From Sphingobacteriales bacterium (GTDB lineage Bacteria; Bacteroidota; Bacteroidia; Chitinophagales; LD1): a stretch of 64,000 nt of DNA. The stretch spans positions 205,308-269,307 of the forward strand of contig JADFDM010000001.1 of assembly GCA_018262795.1 (NCBI GenBank). The letters run 5' to 3'. The translations under genes and the position numbers were made by a program. Positions 9,676-19,701 of this stretch are shown one piece after another (the stretch's first letter is position 1; each line of letters begins with the position of its first letter). The notes under the pieces were generated by a model, which did no database searches, had not been told where the DNA came from, and saw only the letters and a program-made list of their open reading frames with translations.

Positions 9676-10743
9676 ATGAGCCTAAAAAGAGAAGATATTG
9701 AAAAACTGATAGGGGGCGAAAAAGCCGCTTATTTACTAAATCACCAATCTGAAACTATCTCCAAGGAGCAGTTACACCTTCCTAATAAAAAATTTATTGA
9801 TACCATCTGGAAGGATAGTAACCGCAATATTCCCACCATTCGCAGCCTAAACCAGATTGCGCAATTCGGTAGATTGGGCGGAACGGGGTATGTTTCTATA
9901 CTTCCGGTAGATCAGGGGGTAGAGCATAGTGCAGGGGCTTCATTTGCTCCTAATGTTCCTATGTTCGACCCGAATAATATTGTGCAACTCGCAATAGAAG
10001 GAGGATGTAATGCAGTCGCTTCTACCTTTGGGGTATTGGGAATTGTTGCTCGTAAGTACGCTCACAAAATTCCATTTATTGTCAAAATCAATCACAATGA
10101 ATTTCTAAGTTATCCCAACTCTTATGACCAAATAATGTTTGGTCAGGTACGCGATGCTTGGAATATGGGAGCAGTAGCCGTAGGTGCCACTATCTATTTT
10201 GGCAGTGAAGAATCTAAAAGACAAATTGTAGAAGTAGCTGAGGCCTTTGAATATGCGCATGAACTGGGGATGGCGACAGTGTTGTGGTGTTACCTGCGCA
10301 ATCCGGCTTTCAAAAAAGACGGAGTAGATTATGGTGTGTCTGCCGACCTTACCGGTCAGGCGAATCATTTGGGGGTTACGATTCAAGCAGACATCATTAA
10401 GCAGAAACTTCCGGAAACGAATGGAGGATACAACGCTCTTAAATACGGTAAAACTGATAAACGAGTTTATTCGGAACTTACCACCGATCATCCGGTTGAT
10501 CTTTGTCGCTATCAGGTAGCTAACTGCTACATGGGGCGGGTGGGTCTTATTAACTCGGGAGGGGCTTCTTCGGGAGCAACTGATTTGGCAGATGCGGTAT
10601 CAACTGCCATTATCAATAAGAGAGCCGGTGGCATGGGGTTGATTTCGGGTCGCAAAGCCTTTCAACGACCGATGAAAGAAGGGGTGGCTCTGTTAAACGC
10701 CATTCAGGATGTTTACCTGAGCAAAGAAGTTACCATCGCTTAA
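9676..10743 (+). CDS. fbaB: class I fructose-bisphosphate aldolase (FbaB / DhnA type)
   Basis: 355 aa with long stretches that I recall as near-identical to E. coli FbaB ([70 protein letters not shown]). Confidence 0.93.
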   Translation: MSLKREDIEKLIGGEKAAYLLNHQSETISKEQLHLPNKKFIDTIWKDSNRNIPTIRSLNQIAQFGRLGGTGYVSILPVDQGVEHSAGASFAPNVPMFDPNNIVQLAIEGGCNAVASTFGVLGIVARKYAHKIPFIVKINHNEFLSYPNSYDQIMFGQVRDAWNMGAVAVGATIYFGSEESKRQIVEVAEAFEYAHELGMATVLWCYLRNPAFKKDGVDYGVSADLTGQANHLGVTIQADIIKQKLPETNGGYNALKYGKTDKRVYSELTTDHPVDLCRYQVANCYMGRVGLINSGGASSGATDLADAVSTAIINKRAGGMGLISGRKAFQRPMKEGVALLNAIQDVYLSKEVTIA

Positions 10744-10766
10744 TCAATTAATCCTAAGTTTGTTTC

Positions 10767-11627
10767 ATGGATGAACAATCTCCATGGTGGAAGCGTTTTC
10801 GCACAGGTGTACAAACCTCTACGGAGGAGAAAAAGGAAACTCCCGAAGGGGTTTGGCATAAGTGTGAAAAGTGTAAGGCAACTATCCTTGCTGATAAGTT
10901 GTACGACAATTTGTCGGTATGTCCCGAATGTGGTTTCCATGAACAGATTTGCTCTGATGAATACTTCCATCTTTTGTTTGGAGAACCGAGCAATAGCACG
11001 CTCTTGTTCGATAATCTTGCCCCTGTTGATTTTTTGAACTTTACGGATTCAAAACCCTACAAAAAGCGCATCAAAGATTCTACTGCAAAAACCGGATTGA
11101 AAGATGCTATTCAAGTAGCTGTTGGTATCTGTGAGGAGCACAAGTTAGTAGTGGCGGCTATGGATTTTCGTTTTATTGGCGGCTCAATGGGATCCGTAGT
11201 AGGAGAGAAAATTGCAAGAGCTATTGATTATTGTATCGAACATAAATTGCCACTATTAATTATTTCACAATCGGGCGGAGCCAGAATGATGGAGTCTGCT
11301 TTTTCATTGATGCAGTTAGCTAAGACGGCAGCAAAGCTCAACCAATTAAGCGAAGCAAAGTTACCTTACATCAGTTTGATGACCGACCCCACTACCGGAG
11401 GCGTAACCGCTTCTTTTGCCATGTTGGGAGATTATAATATTGCTGAACCGGGGGCATTAATTGGCTTTGCAGGCCCTCGCGTGATTGAAGAAACGATCAA
11501 GAAAAAGCTTCCTGAAAATTTTCAGACTTCTGAATTTTTACTTGAAAATGGTTTTCTTGATTTTATCGTTTCCCGCAAGGAAATCAAAGAAAAGATAGGG
11601 ACTATATTAAGCCTCCTGAAAATGTAG
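10767..11627 (+). CDS. accD: acetyl-CoA carboxylase carboxyltransferase beta subunit
   Basis: 286 aa with N-terminal Zn ribbon CEKC...CPECGFH and FIGGSMGSVVGEKI. Confidence 0.93.
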   Translation: MDEQSPWWKRFRTGVQTSTEEKKETPEGVWHKCEKCKATILADKLYDNLSVCPECGFHEQICSDEYFHLLFGEPSNSTLLFDNLAPVDFLNFTDSKPYKKRIKDSTAKTGLKDAIQVAVGICEEHKLVVAAMDFRFIGGSMGSVVGEKIARAIDYCIEHKLPLLIISQSGGARMMESAFSLMQLAKTAAKLNQLSEAKLPYISLMTDPTTGGVTASFAMLGDYNIAEPGALIGFAGPRVIEETIKKKLPENFQTSEFLLENGFLDFIVSRKEIKEKIGTILSLLKM

Positions 11628-11640
11628 TGAACCTCAAATA

Positions 11641-12966
11641 TTACCGGGGCAAGCCCTTTATTGTTCTTCCCGCATTGCTCATCTTCTGCATACTCTTCAT
11701 CATCTTTTTCATCTCTTCAAACTGCTTGATGAACTGGTTCACTTCCTGAATACTGTTACCGCTTCCTTTGGCGAGGCGCAGTTTCCTTTTTCCATTGAGC
11801 AAATCCGGATTTTCTCTTTCGGATGGAGTCATTGAAAGTATAATAGCTTCGACCTTCTTGAATGAACCATCATTAATGTCCACGTCCTTGATAGCCTTGC
11901 CCACACCGGGGATCATTCCCAGCAAATCCTTCACGTTTCCCATCTTTTTAATTTGGGCTAACTGAGATAGAAAGTCATTAAAGTTGAACTGGTTTTTTCG
12001 GATTTTAGCTTCTAGTTCCTTTGCTTTCTTTTCATCATATTGTTCTTGTGCCTTTTCAACAAAAGAAACAATATCGCCCATGCCCAAAATACGGGAAGCC
12101 ATCCGATCGGGATAGAAAATATCCAGTGTATCTACCTTTTCCCCCGTACTTACAAACTTGATTGGTTTTTCTACCGTGTAAGTAATGGTAAGAGCCGCAC
12201 CGCCACGTGTATCGCCATCTAATTTTGTGAGTACTACTCCGCTAAAATTCAGGCGGTCATTAAATGCCTTTGCCGTGTTCACGGCATCCTGCCCCGTCAT
12301 GGAGTCCACCACGAAAAGGATTTCATCAGGGTTGGTTTTGCTTTTTATTGCAGCAATCTCCTTCATCATTTCCTCATCCACGGCCAAGCGACCGGCTGTG
12401 TCTATGATTACTACATCTAAGCCTTGTTGTTTTGCTTGAGCTATTCCATGCAGTGCAATCTCTACCGGATTATTATTTTCTTTTTCGTGATATACCTGCA
12501 CGTCAATCTTCTCTCCCAGCACAATCAACTGGTCAATTGCTGCCGGACGATACACGTCTGCCGCCACCATCAAGGGGCGTTTGAATTTTTTGGTTTTAAG
12601 AAAGTGTGCCAACTTGTGCGTAAAGGTGGTTTTACCCGAACCCTGCAAGCCCGCAACCAATATCACTGCCGGATTTCCTTTGATATTAAAGTCAGCAGCA
12701 GTATTCCCCATGAGTTTGGTGAGTTCCTCATGCATGATTTTCACCATTAACTGCCCGGGTTCTACAACGGTGAGTACTTGGCGACCCAGAGCCTCTGTTT
12801 TTACTTTATCAGTAAACTCCTTCGCAATTTTGTAGTTAACATCGGCCTCTACTAAGGCTTTGCGAATTTCTTTCACGGTTTCCGCAATGTTCAGTTCAGT
12901 CAGTTTGCCGTGTCCTTTTAGCGTTTTAAATGCGCCTTCTAATCGTTCCTGAAGATTTTCAAACAT
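11641..12966 (-). CDS. ffh: signal recognition particle protein
   Basis: 441 aa with GTPase motifs GLQGSGKTTF, DTAGR and TKLDGD, and a Met-rich M domain at the C-terminus. Confidence 0.96.
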   Translation of the reverse strand: MFENLQERLEGAFKTLKGHGKLTELNIAETVKEIRKALVEADVNYKIAKEFTDKVKTEALGRQVLTVVEPGQLMVKIMHEELTKLMGNTAADFNIKGNPAVILVAGLQGSGKTTFTHKLAHFLKTKKFKRPLMVAADVYRPAAIDQLIVLGEKIDVQVYHEKENNNPVEIALHGIAQAKQQGLDVVIIDTAGRLAVDEEMMKEIAAIKSKTNPDEILFVVDSMTGQDAVNTAKAFNDRLNFSGVVLTKLDGDTRGGAALTITYTVEKPIKFVSTGEKVDTLDIFYPDRMASRILGMGDIVSFVEKAQEQYDEKKAKELEAKIRKNQFNFNDFLSQLAQIKKMGNVKDLLGMIPGVGKAIKDVDINDGSFKKVEAIILSMTPSERENPDLLNGKRKLRLAKGSGNSIQEVNQFIKQFEEMKKMMKSMQKMSNAGRTIKGLPR

Positions 12967-13175
12967 AAGTTCTAATTAAAGCTATCGTTCTTCTTTCGTA
13001 GAAGGATAACGAATTTTTTAAGGTGGGCAAAAGTAACAGAGATAGGGGAATATGAAAGGAGGAATTTGCCTAAAGTCTAACCCCATCTCTTCGTGAGGTG
13101 GCAGCCCTTACCACCCGAAAGAGAATATAGTTTTGTTTCTCGGGTTGCTTAGCTCTAACGGATGATTTTTTGCGC

Positions 13176-13610
13176 TTAGGGAATAAATATTTTCTGTTGC
13201 CCGTAATCAATCACCATCTTGTATTTTAGCAGGATATCGGAACCCAGAATACCCTGAATTTTGGACGCTTTCAATTGTGAATAGGTGGAGTTTACATGGC
13301 TTAAATTAACAGCCGCCACTACATAGTTTTTAATTTTATGCTTGCCTATTTCTAATTCTTTTATCGAACCTATGTATGTTTCAGGAACAGAGCTGTGTAA
13401 GCCCATGGTTTCTTGCTGAACTGTTTTCAGTTTCTTTTGACTCAAATTTTTTTCGTAGTAGGTTTTATCTAGCACCGATTTGGAAGCTCCGGTATCCACC
13501 AAAAAGCGGCAGCGTTTTCCATTTATCTTCACGGTTATGAAAATATGGTAACCACCTTTATCTAATTCGGTTAGAATAATTTTTACTGATTGTAGTTTAC
13601 TTTTCTTCAT
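13176..13610 (-). CDS. stand-alone retropepsin-like (clan AA) aspartic protease domain protein
   Basis: 144 aa with FLVDTGASKSVLD (the D-T-G-A catalytic triplet) and ILGSDILLKY near the C-terminus. Confidence 0.7.
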   Translation of the reverse strand: MKKSKLQSVKIILTELDKGGYHIFITVKINGKRCRFLVDTGASKSVLDKTYYEKNLSQKKLKTVQQETMGLHSSVPETYIGSIKELEIGKHKIKNYVVAAVNLSHVNSTYSQLKASKIQGILGSDILLKYKMVIDYGQQKIFIP

Positions 13611-13616
13611 AAGGTG

Positions 13617-13649
13617 AAAATAAAAAGTCTCGGAAACTCCGAGACTTTT
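13617..13649 (-). terminator. rho-independent terminator after mdh
   Basis: An 11-bp stem (13623-13633 AAAAGTCTCGG pairs with 13639-13649 CCGAGACTTTT). On the minus strand it is followed by T5-A-T4. It lies 40 nt downstream of the mdh stop. Confidence 0.75.
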
Positions 13650-13688
13650 ATAAATGGGTCAATCATTTTTGAAGAGAAGCAAAAGCTG

Positions 13689-14624
13689 TTACAGTTTCAG
13701 CGTACTGAGTACGCTATTCATGTTTCTCACAGCTTCCGCGCTCTTATTGAAGGCTTCTTGCTCTTGAGCATTCAATTGGTAATCGAGAATTTTTTCCCAT
13801 CCGTTTTTGCCAATCACAACAGGCACTCCCATGCAAATATCCTTTTGGCCATACTCGCCATCTAAATACACGCAACAAGGAAATACTTTCTTCTCATCGC
13901 GAATCACACTCTCTACCAGCGCACATCCCGAAGCCCCCGGAGCATACCAAGCAGAGGTCCCAATCAGTTTGGTCAAAGTGGCCCCACCTACCATGGTGTC
14001 TGCGGCTACTTTATTTAATGTTTCAGCATCTAAAAAACTGCTCACCGGCATACTTTGGTAAGTCGCTAATCTTGTCAGCGGAATCATTGTGGTATCGCCA
14101 TGCCCGCCAATAACGGTTGCTTGTAAGTCACCGGGAGAACACTGTAAAGCATTGCTCAAGTTAAAACGGAAACGAGCACTGTCTAAAATTCCCCCCATAC
14201 CTATAATTCTATTTTTGGGAAGTCCGGTTGATTTGAGCGCCAGATAAGTCATGGTATCCATGGGGTTACTGATCACAATGATTACCGCATCGGGGGAGTG
14301 CTTCAAAATGTTTTCAGCGACACCCTTTACAATAGAAGCGTTGGTGCCTATCAATTCCTCGCGGGTCATACCCGGTTTGCGCGGTATGCCGGAGGTAATC
14401 ACCACTACCGAGCTACCGGCAGTTTTAGCGTAATCATTGGTAGAGCCGCTTACTTTAGTATCGAAGCCGAGCAAATTAGCGGTTTGCATCATGTCCATCG
14501 CCTTCCCTTGCGAAAAGCCTTCTTTGATGTCGAGTAAAACAAGTTCTTGGCAAAGTTCTTTGCGGGCAATGTTGTCGGCCACGGTAGCTCCTACAGCCCC
14601 GGCACCCACTACTGTAATTTTCAT
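13689..14624 (-). CDS. mdh: malate dehydrogenase
   Basis: 311 aa with MKITVVGAGAVG Rossmann start, GIPRKPGMTR and IGGHGD motifs. Confidence 0.95.
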   Translation of the reverse strand: MKITVVGAGAVGATVADNIARKELCQELVLLDIKEGFSQGKAMDMMQTANLLGFDTKVSGSTNDYAKTAGSSVVVITSGIPRKPGMTREELIGTNASIVKGVAENILKHSPDAVIIVISNPMDTMTYLALKSTGLPKNRIIGMGGILDSARFRFNLSNALQCSPGDLQATVIGGHGDTTMIPLTRLATYQSMPVSSFLDAETLNKVAADTMVGGATLTKLIGTSAWYAPGASGCALVESVIRDEKKVFPCCVYLDGEYGQKDICMGVPVVIGKNGWEKILDYQLNAQEQEAFNKSAEAVRNMNSVLSTLKL

Positions 14625-14680
14625 TTTATATGGTTTTTGAAGTTTGGAAAAAGTCTTGCACCATCGTGCAAACTGGACTG

Positions 14681-14688
14681 CAAACCTA
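14681..14688 (-). promoter_or_regulatory. putative -7 promoter box TAGGTTTG (minus strand)
   Basis: Perfect TAnnTTTG on the minus strand, 56 nt upstream of the mdh ATG. Confidence 0.4.
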
Positions 14689-14801
14689 ATCCAAAATAAA
14701 AAATGTGCAAATGGTCTATTAACAACCTTAACATGATAAACTTCATCAGACTTAATAATGCGAATTCGTTTTGTTTTATTCGCTTCCCTAAAAATTAAAG
14801 A

Positions 14802-16640
14802 ATGCGATACTTGTTTTTCCCAGTACTATTTTTGACCGCGGCAATAGGTTACGGCCAGTCTGCTTCGTGGTGTGGCACGGTGTTACCCGAATCTTTTAAA
14901 GCGGAATATGCTGCGAAAGACAGAAGTAACTACGAGCAATTAATTGGCCAGCGGGCGGCCATGCGCTATGTGCCGGTGTATTATCATATCGTTGCCAAAT
15001 CAGACGGTACCGGAGGCGCAGGGTTAAAAAGAATATTTGAATCACATTGTGAATTAAATCAGGCCTATAATCAGTTTGATATCGCATTCTACATTGCCGG
15101 AATTGATACCGTTATGAACACTGCACTGTGGAACTATCAGAACCAATCGTTAGGTTATCAGGCGTTCAATCAAAACAACGAACCTAATGTTTGCAATATT
15201 TACGTGAATGGCAACCTGCCCGGACTTTGCGGCTTTGCTACCTTCCCCAATAGCGCTCCGAATGGGGGGGGGATATTTTTAAATTCCGCTTGCATGGGGA
15301 GCGGAACTACCACCTTACCTCACGAAATGGGTCACTATTTGGGTTTGCTGCACACCTTTGACACTTCTTATGGTATTGAATATGTAGATGGCTCAAATTG
15401 TTCTACAAAAGGAGATCGCTTTTGCGATACCCCGGCTGACTTTGTAGATTTTCGCGCCCCTTGCCCTTACACCGGTGACAGTACCGATCCACATGGTGAT
15501 TTGTATAGAACAGTGATTGACGAAACCTTGTACATGAGTTACTTCAATGATAACTGCACTAATAAATTCAGCCCAATGCAACAGGTGGAGATGAATGGTA
15601 CTCTGAGTGGCAGCCGCTCTAATCTTTTAAATCAAACTTTACCTGATTTATCGGCTTTGCCTACCGCTACTTTTGTGCAGCCTGCCGATGGTGACACCAC
15701 CTTGATTGGAGGGGTCAGTCAAACTTTTATTTGGAACTCAATACCTGGGGCTGTTTACTACAAGTTTATTTTGCAAAACCCTACTTCTTCAATTCAATTT
15801 GCCGATACGCTGATTGCTGATACCACTTTCACTTTTGGAAACATTGCCTCTAACAAATCATACAAATACAAGGTGCAGGGACTTTCCTACGGCAACACCT
15901 GTTCTTCCTTTACTCCTTATCAGAATATTTCTACATCGGGCATTAAGGCAAGTGTCAGTGTAACCTCTCCGAGTTGCTTTGGTGAAACAGATGCGCATAT
16001 AACCATTACCCCTTCCAATGGCACAGCTCCTTACACGTTGGAATGGAGTACGGGTACTACGGGAAATAGTATTAATAATCTGGCACCGGGTATTTACGAA
16101 GTCACCATTACCGATGCAGATAATGAAGTGGCTACGGCACAAATTCCCGTGGTAGATCCTGCTCCGGTGAGTGTGGCAATCAATCGGGTGGGCGTGAACC
16201 TAAATGCTTCGGGGAATGGCGGCACCCCACCCTATACTTTTGCATGGAGTAATGGAATAAATGGCCCCTATAACAACAATGTGCCTTATGGCAGCTACAC
16301 GGTTTCTGTTACCGATTCAAAGGGCTGCTCCAATACAGAGACTTTTTCTTATACCTCCATAGGAATTGATCCGGAACTGAAGGCAAGCATTAAGTTGTTT
16401 CCTAACCCTGCCGAACATTCGACTATATTGAATGTGCAGTTTGATTTGAATGAGCCTACCAAAGCGGTAGTAGCTATCATTAACATGGCTGGTTCTGTTA
16501 TCACGCAGGAGATGAAGACATTTGAATCAGGCACTAACTTGCTGCAATTCCCCATTGGCAACTTGGCTTCGGGAGTTTATCTCCTTCGCTTTAAAGCTAA
16601 TGAAGCTGTGCAATCGGAGAGGTTTACTGTGATTCGATAA
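14802..16640 (+). CDS. secreted M43-like zinc metalloprotease with SprB-type repeats and a T9SS type A C-terminal sorting domain
   Basis: 612 aa with a signal peptide, zinc site HEMGHYLGLLHTF, repeats of the form CFGETDAHITITPSNGTAPYTLEW, and a C-terminus KLFPNPAEHSTILN...GVYLLRFKANE. Confidence 0.8.
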   Translation: MRYLFFPVLFLTAAIGYGQSASWCGTVLPESFKAEYAAKDRSNYEQLIGQRAAMRYVPVYYHIVAKSDGTGGAGLKRIFESHCELNQAYNQFDIAFYIAGIDTVMNTALWNYQNQSLGYQAFNQNNEPNVCNIYVNGNLPGLCGFATFPNSAPNGGGIFLNSACMGSGTTTLPHEMGHYLGLLHTFDTSYGIEYVDGSNCSTKGDRFCDTPADFVDFRAPCPYTGDSTDPHGDLYRTVIDETLYMSYFNDNCTNKFSPMQQVEMNGTLSGSRSNLLNQTLPDLSALPTATFVQPADGDTTLIGGVSQTFIWNSIPGAVYYKFILQNPTSSIQFADTLIADTTFTFGNIASNKSYKYKVQGLSYGNTCSSFTPYQNISTSGIKASVSVTSPSCFGETDAHITITPSNGTAPYTLEWSTGTTGNSINNLAPGIYEVTITDADNEVATAQIPVVDPAPVSVAINRVGVNLNASGNGGTPPYTFAWSNGINGPYNNNVPYGSYTVSVTDSKGCSNTETFSYTSIGIDPELKASIKLFPNPAEHSTILNVQFDLNEPTKAVVAIINMAGSVITQEMKTFESGTNLLQFPIGNLASGVYLLRFKANEAVQSERFTVIR

Positions 16641-16742
16641 TTAGTCGGGTGTTCTTGCGCTCAGGTATTTTGTAGGGTTTAATTTGCGAGGTATTCATCA
16701 TTAACTGACTTGCGAGTGAGGACAGTGGGTTGAAGAATAAGA

Positions 16743-17948
16743 TTGTCATCGCCTCTCGATGAGTATAGGGATCATTCGATCATTGCTAATTTTACTTCAC
16801 AATACCAACCTATGCTTTCGTACTGGGAGAAACAATCGCTTTTGCAATATGATATGATTATTGTGGGTAGTGGCATAGTGGGACTTTCTACCGCTGCATC
16901 CATAAAAGAAAAATCTCCTGAAATCAGAGTGCTGGTGTTAGAGCGAGCTGTGCTACCTACAGGAGCCAGCACTAAGAATGCAGGCTTTGCTTGTATCGGA
17001 AGTCTGACAGAAATATTGGATGATTTAAAATGTAATGCAGAGGATCAGGTGCTGGATTTAGTGCAATTGCGATACGAAGGTTTGAATAAGTTACGGGTGC
17101 GATTGAGTGATGAGAAAATACGATATGCTACAAATGGAAGTTATGAACTGATCCAAGAAGCAGATAAAGATTGCTTGAAGGAATTAGACAGGATGAATGA
17201 TCTCCTATTCCCAATTCTGAAAGCAAGAGCCTTCACTCCGGCAGATGAAAAGCTGAGGGAGTTTGGTTTCTCTTCGGAGCATGCCGCTCACTTAATCCGT
17301 AATAATTTTGAAGGAGAGTTGCATACCGGTGAAATGATGAGGGCTTTAATTGATCACTGCCTGCGCCTCGGTATCGAAATAAAAACGGGCTGTGAGGCCA
17401 TCATTATCGAGGAGAATAGAGGTCAAGTTCAGGTAGTTGTTCAACATCATTATCTGAAGGAAGAAATCAGCTTCACCGCAAATAAAGTTGCTGTTTGCAC
17501 CAATGCCTTTACAAAGCAATTTTATCCTGAAATGGATTTAAAACCCGGCAGAGGTCAGGTGCTTATCACTGAGCCAATAGTTGACTTGCCCTTTAAAGGG
17601 ATATTTCATTTCGACAAAGGGTTCTATTATTTCAGAGCAGTTGAAAACAGAGTGCTTTTTGGCGGGGGAAGAAACATAGACATACAAGGTGAAACCACTA
17701 CTGACTTTCGTTTTAATGAAAAAATCAGAGAGGATTTAGTGAATAAACTTCGCGAAATCATATTGCCGGGAATCTCTTTTAAAGTGTCAGATTGGTGGGC
17801 CGGCATTATGGCTTTTGGAGAAACCAAAGTGCCTGTATTGGAAAAGCGAAGCGACCGAATTTTCATGGGGGTGCGAATGGGAGGGATGGGAGTTGCTATC
17901 GGTTCTGCCATCGGAGAGAAGCTGGCGAATATGATGCTGAAAGTGTAA
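16743..17948 (+). CDS. FAD-dependent oxidoreductase (DAO family)
   Basis: Dinucleotide-binding motif DMIIVGSGIVGLSTA. The start is uncertain: TTG at 16743 or ATG at 16812. Confidence 0.8.
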   Translation: MSSPLDEYRDHSIIANFTSQYQPMLSYWEKQSLLQYDMIIVGSGIVGLSTAASIKEKSPEIRVLVLERAVLPTGASTKNAGFACIGSLTEILDDLKCNAEDQVLDLVQLRYEGLNKLRVRLSDEKIRYATNGSYELIQEADKDCLKELDRMNDLLFPILKARAFTPADEKLREFGFSSEHAAHLIRNNFEGELHTGEMMRALIDHCLRLGIEIKTGCEAIIIEENRGQVQVVVQHHYLKEEISFTANKVAVCTNAFTKQFYPEMDLKPGRGQVLITEPIVDLPFKGIFHFDKGFYYFRAVENRVLFGGGRNIDIQGETTTDFRFNEKIREDLVNKLREIILPGISFKVSDWWAGIMAFGETKVPVLEKRSDRIFMGVRMGGMGVAIGSAIGEKLANMMLKV

Positions 17949-18058
17949 GTGCATTTTAACAGGCGCTTTTCCCTCGCCATAATTTTTTTGCTATCTTCAT
18001 TATGGAATTTAATTCTGGTAACGTCTTAGAGTAGATTTCTTAAACTAAAACAAACCTT

Positions 18059-18874
18059 ATGAAACGGATTTCTTTGACTCTCATCGCACTTTTTATGCTT
18101 TCGATTCCTGCAGTTCACTCTCAGGATACTCGCACAAATGTTTTGGATGCCAAGCAAGTGGCTAAACTTGATTTGAACGGTAAATGGGTCGGCAAACGCC
18201 AACAATATTCATGGGACAAGAAAACCTTTATCGAAACTTTTGAGTATGAATTTGACTTAAAACAAGAAGGAGACTTGGTTACCGGTACCTCTACTATTAT
18301 TACTGCTAATGGCGAATATGCCGATATGAAATTAGAGGGAGTTGTGATAGGGAATAAACTTCACTTTCACGAATATCAGGTCGAGGGCGCTATTCGCCCC
18401 GAAGGAAAAGTATGGTGTTTTAAAAGTGGCGAATTATACTTTGCGAAGGATGGAGATAACATCAAACTGGTAGGGGCTACATCAAGCTATATGGAAGTAT
18501 ATAATTACCCCTGCTCCGGTGGATTTACTGATTTGACTAAGGTGGATAACAGCGCTAACCTTTCTGCCCTTAACACTGAGTTCAATGCAAATAACCTGAA
18601 CCTTAAGGAAGACTTGTCTATCAGCGTTTATCCTAATCCATTTATTGATAATGCCACCGTTTATTACAACATCTTAAACGACTCTAAAGTGAAGGTGGAG
18701 ATTTATAACATGAGCGGTAAACTCGTCACTACTTTGTTTGACGGAAATGAGAAGGCCGGTAATTACAATGTTACTTTTAATGGTAAAAATACCGGTGATC
18801 AAAGCGGACTCTACATCGTGAAACTTTCTGTAGGCGATGAAGTTTACAGCCGCCCATTGGTTCAAATGCATTAA
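18059..18874 (+). CDS. secreted protein with T9SS type A C-terminal sorting domain
   Basis: 271 aa with signal peptide MKRISLTLIALFMLSIPAVHS and C-terminus ISVYPNPFIDNATVYYN...GLYIVKLSVGDE. Confidence 0.75.
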   Translation: MKRISLTLIALFMLSIPAVHSQDTRTNVLDAKQVAKLDLNGKWVGKRQQYSWDKKTFIETFEYEFDLKQEGDLVTGTSTIITANGEYADMKLEGVVIGNKLHFHEYQVEGAIRPEGKVWCFKSGELYFAKDGDNIKLVGATSSYMEVYNYPCSGGFTDLTKVDNSANLSALNTEFNANNLNLKEDLSISVYPNPFIDNATVYYNILNDSKVKVEIYNMSGKLVTTLFDGNEKAGNYNVTFNGKNTGDQSGLYIVKLSVGDEVYSRPLVQMH

Positions 18875-18891
18875 TGGTTGATTGATTGACT

Positions 18892-18927
18892 AAAAAAAGT
18901 CTTCCGTGCTGGAAGACTTTTTTTGTT
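18892..18927 (+). terminator. rho-independent terminator
   Basis: AAAAAAAGTCTTCC - GTGCT - GGAAGACTTTTTTT, 18 nt after the stop at 18874. Confidence 0.8.
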
Positions 18928-18959
18928 TTAGGCTCAAAAGGGCTTCTATATTTGTTGGC

Positions 18960-19577
18960 ATGAATAAGAAGGAACGTGTGGACTTTGTGATAGAAACACT
19001 GGAAACCCTCTACCCGAACCCTGCCATTCCATTAGATTTTAAGGATCCCTATACTTTCCTGATAGCTGTGCTGCTTTCTGCCCAATGTACTGATAAGCGG
19101 GTGAACCTTGTTACGCCACATCTATTCAGAAAGGCGGATAGCCCCAAAAGGATGGTAAAACTCACCGTAGAAGAAATAGAGGATATAATTCGACCTTGTG
19201 GGCTTGCACCGGCAAAGTCCAAAGCAATTCATGGGTTATCTGAAATTCTACTTGAAAAGTATAAGGGAGAAGTACCCGACAGTTTTGAAACCTTGGAAGA
19301 ATTACCGGGGGTAGGTCATAAAACTGCTTCTGTAATTATGACGCAAGTATTTGGCAAGCCGGCTTTCCCGGTAGATACACATATCCATCGCCTGATGCAC
19401 AGATGGAGGTTAAGCAATGGCAAAAGTGTGGAGCAAACCGAACGGGATGCCAAGCGACTGTTCCCTCAAAGCACTTGGAATAAACTTCATTTGCAGATCA
19501 TTTATTTTGGACGTGAATATTGCCCGGCAAGAGGACACCGGAAGGAACTTTGCCCTATTTGCAGTAAAATTGGATAG
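18960..19577 (+). CDS. nth: endonuclease III family DNA glycosylase/lyase. The C-terminus is unusual (see findings).
   Basis: HhH-GPD signature LPGVGHKTASVIM...VDTHIHR. I chose the ATG at 18960 because the track start at 18906 lies inside the upstream terminator hairpin. Confidence 0.85.
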   Translation: MNKKERVDFVIETLETLYPNPAIPLDFKDPYTFLIAVLLSAQCTDKRVNLVTPHLFRKADSPKRMVKLTVEEIEDIIRPCGLAPAKSKAIHGLSEILLEKYKGEVPDSFETLEELPGVGHKTASVIMTQVFGKPAFPVDTHIHRLMHRWRLSNGKSVEQTERDAKRLFPQSTWNKLHLQIIYFGREYCPARGHRKELCPICSKIG

Positions 19578-19701
19578 TGTTCCACATAGATTATAGGAAA
19601 GCCAGTTGGGGTACATTCGGATCGGAGGTTAAGCGCAAAGAAGTTTAACTCCACTTCTTTTAAACTGAGTAATAAAGTATAAATGATAGATTGCTTCAAC
19701 A

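Noticed and set aside
12967-13175. SRP RNA or another ncRNA next to ffh
   Set aside because: Only a modest imperfect hairpin is present (about 13090-13128). I could not see the conserved SRP RNA domain IV motifs or any tRNA-like ends.
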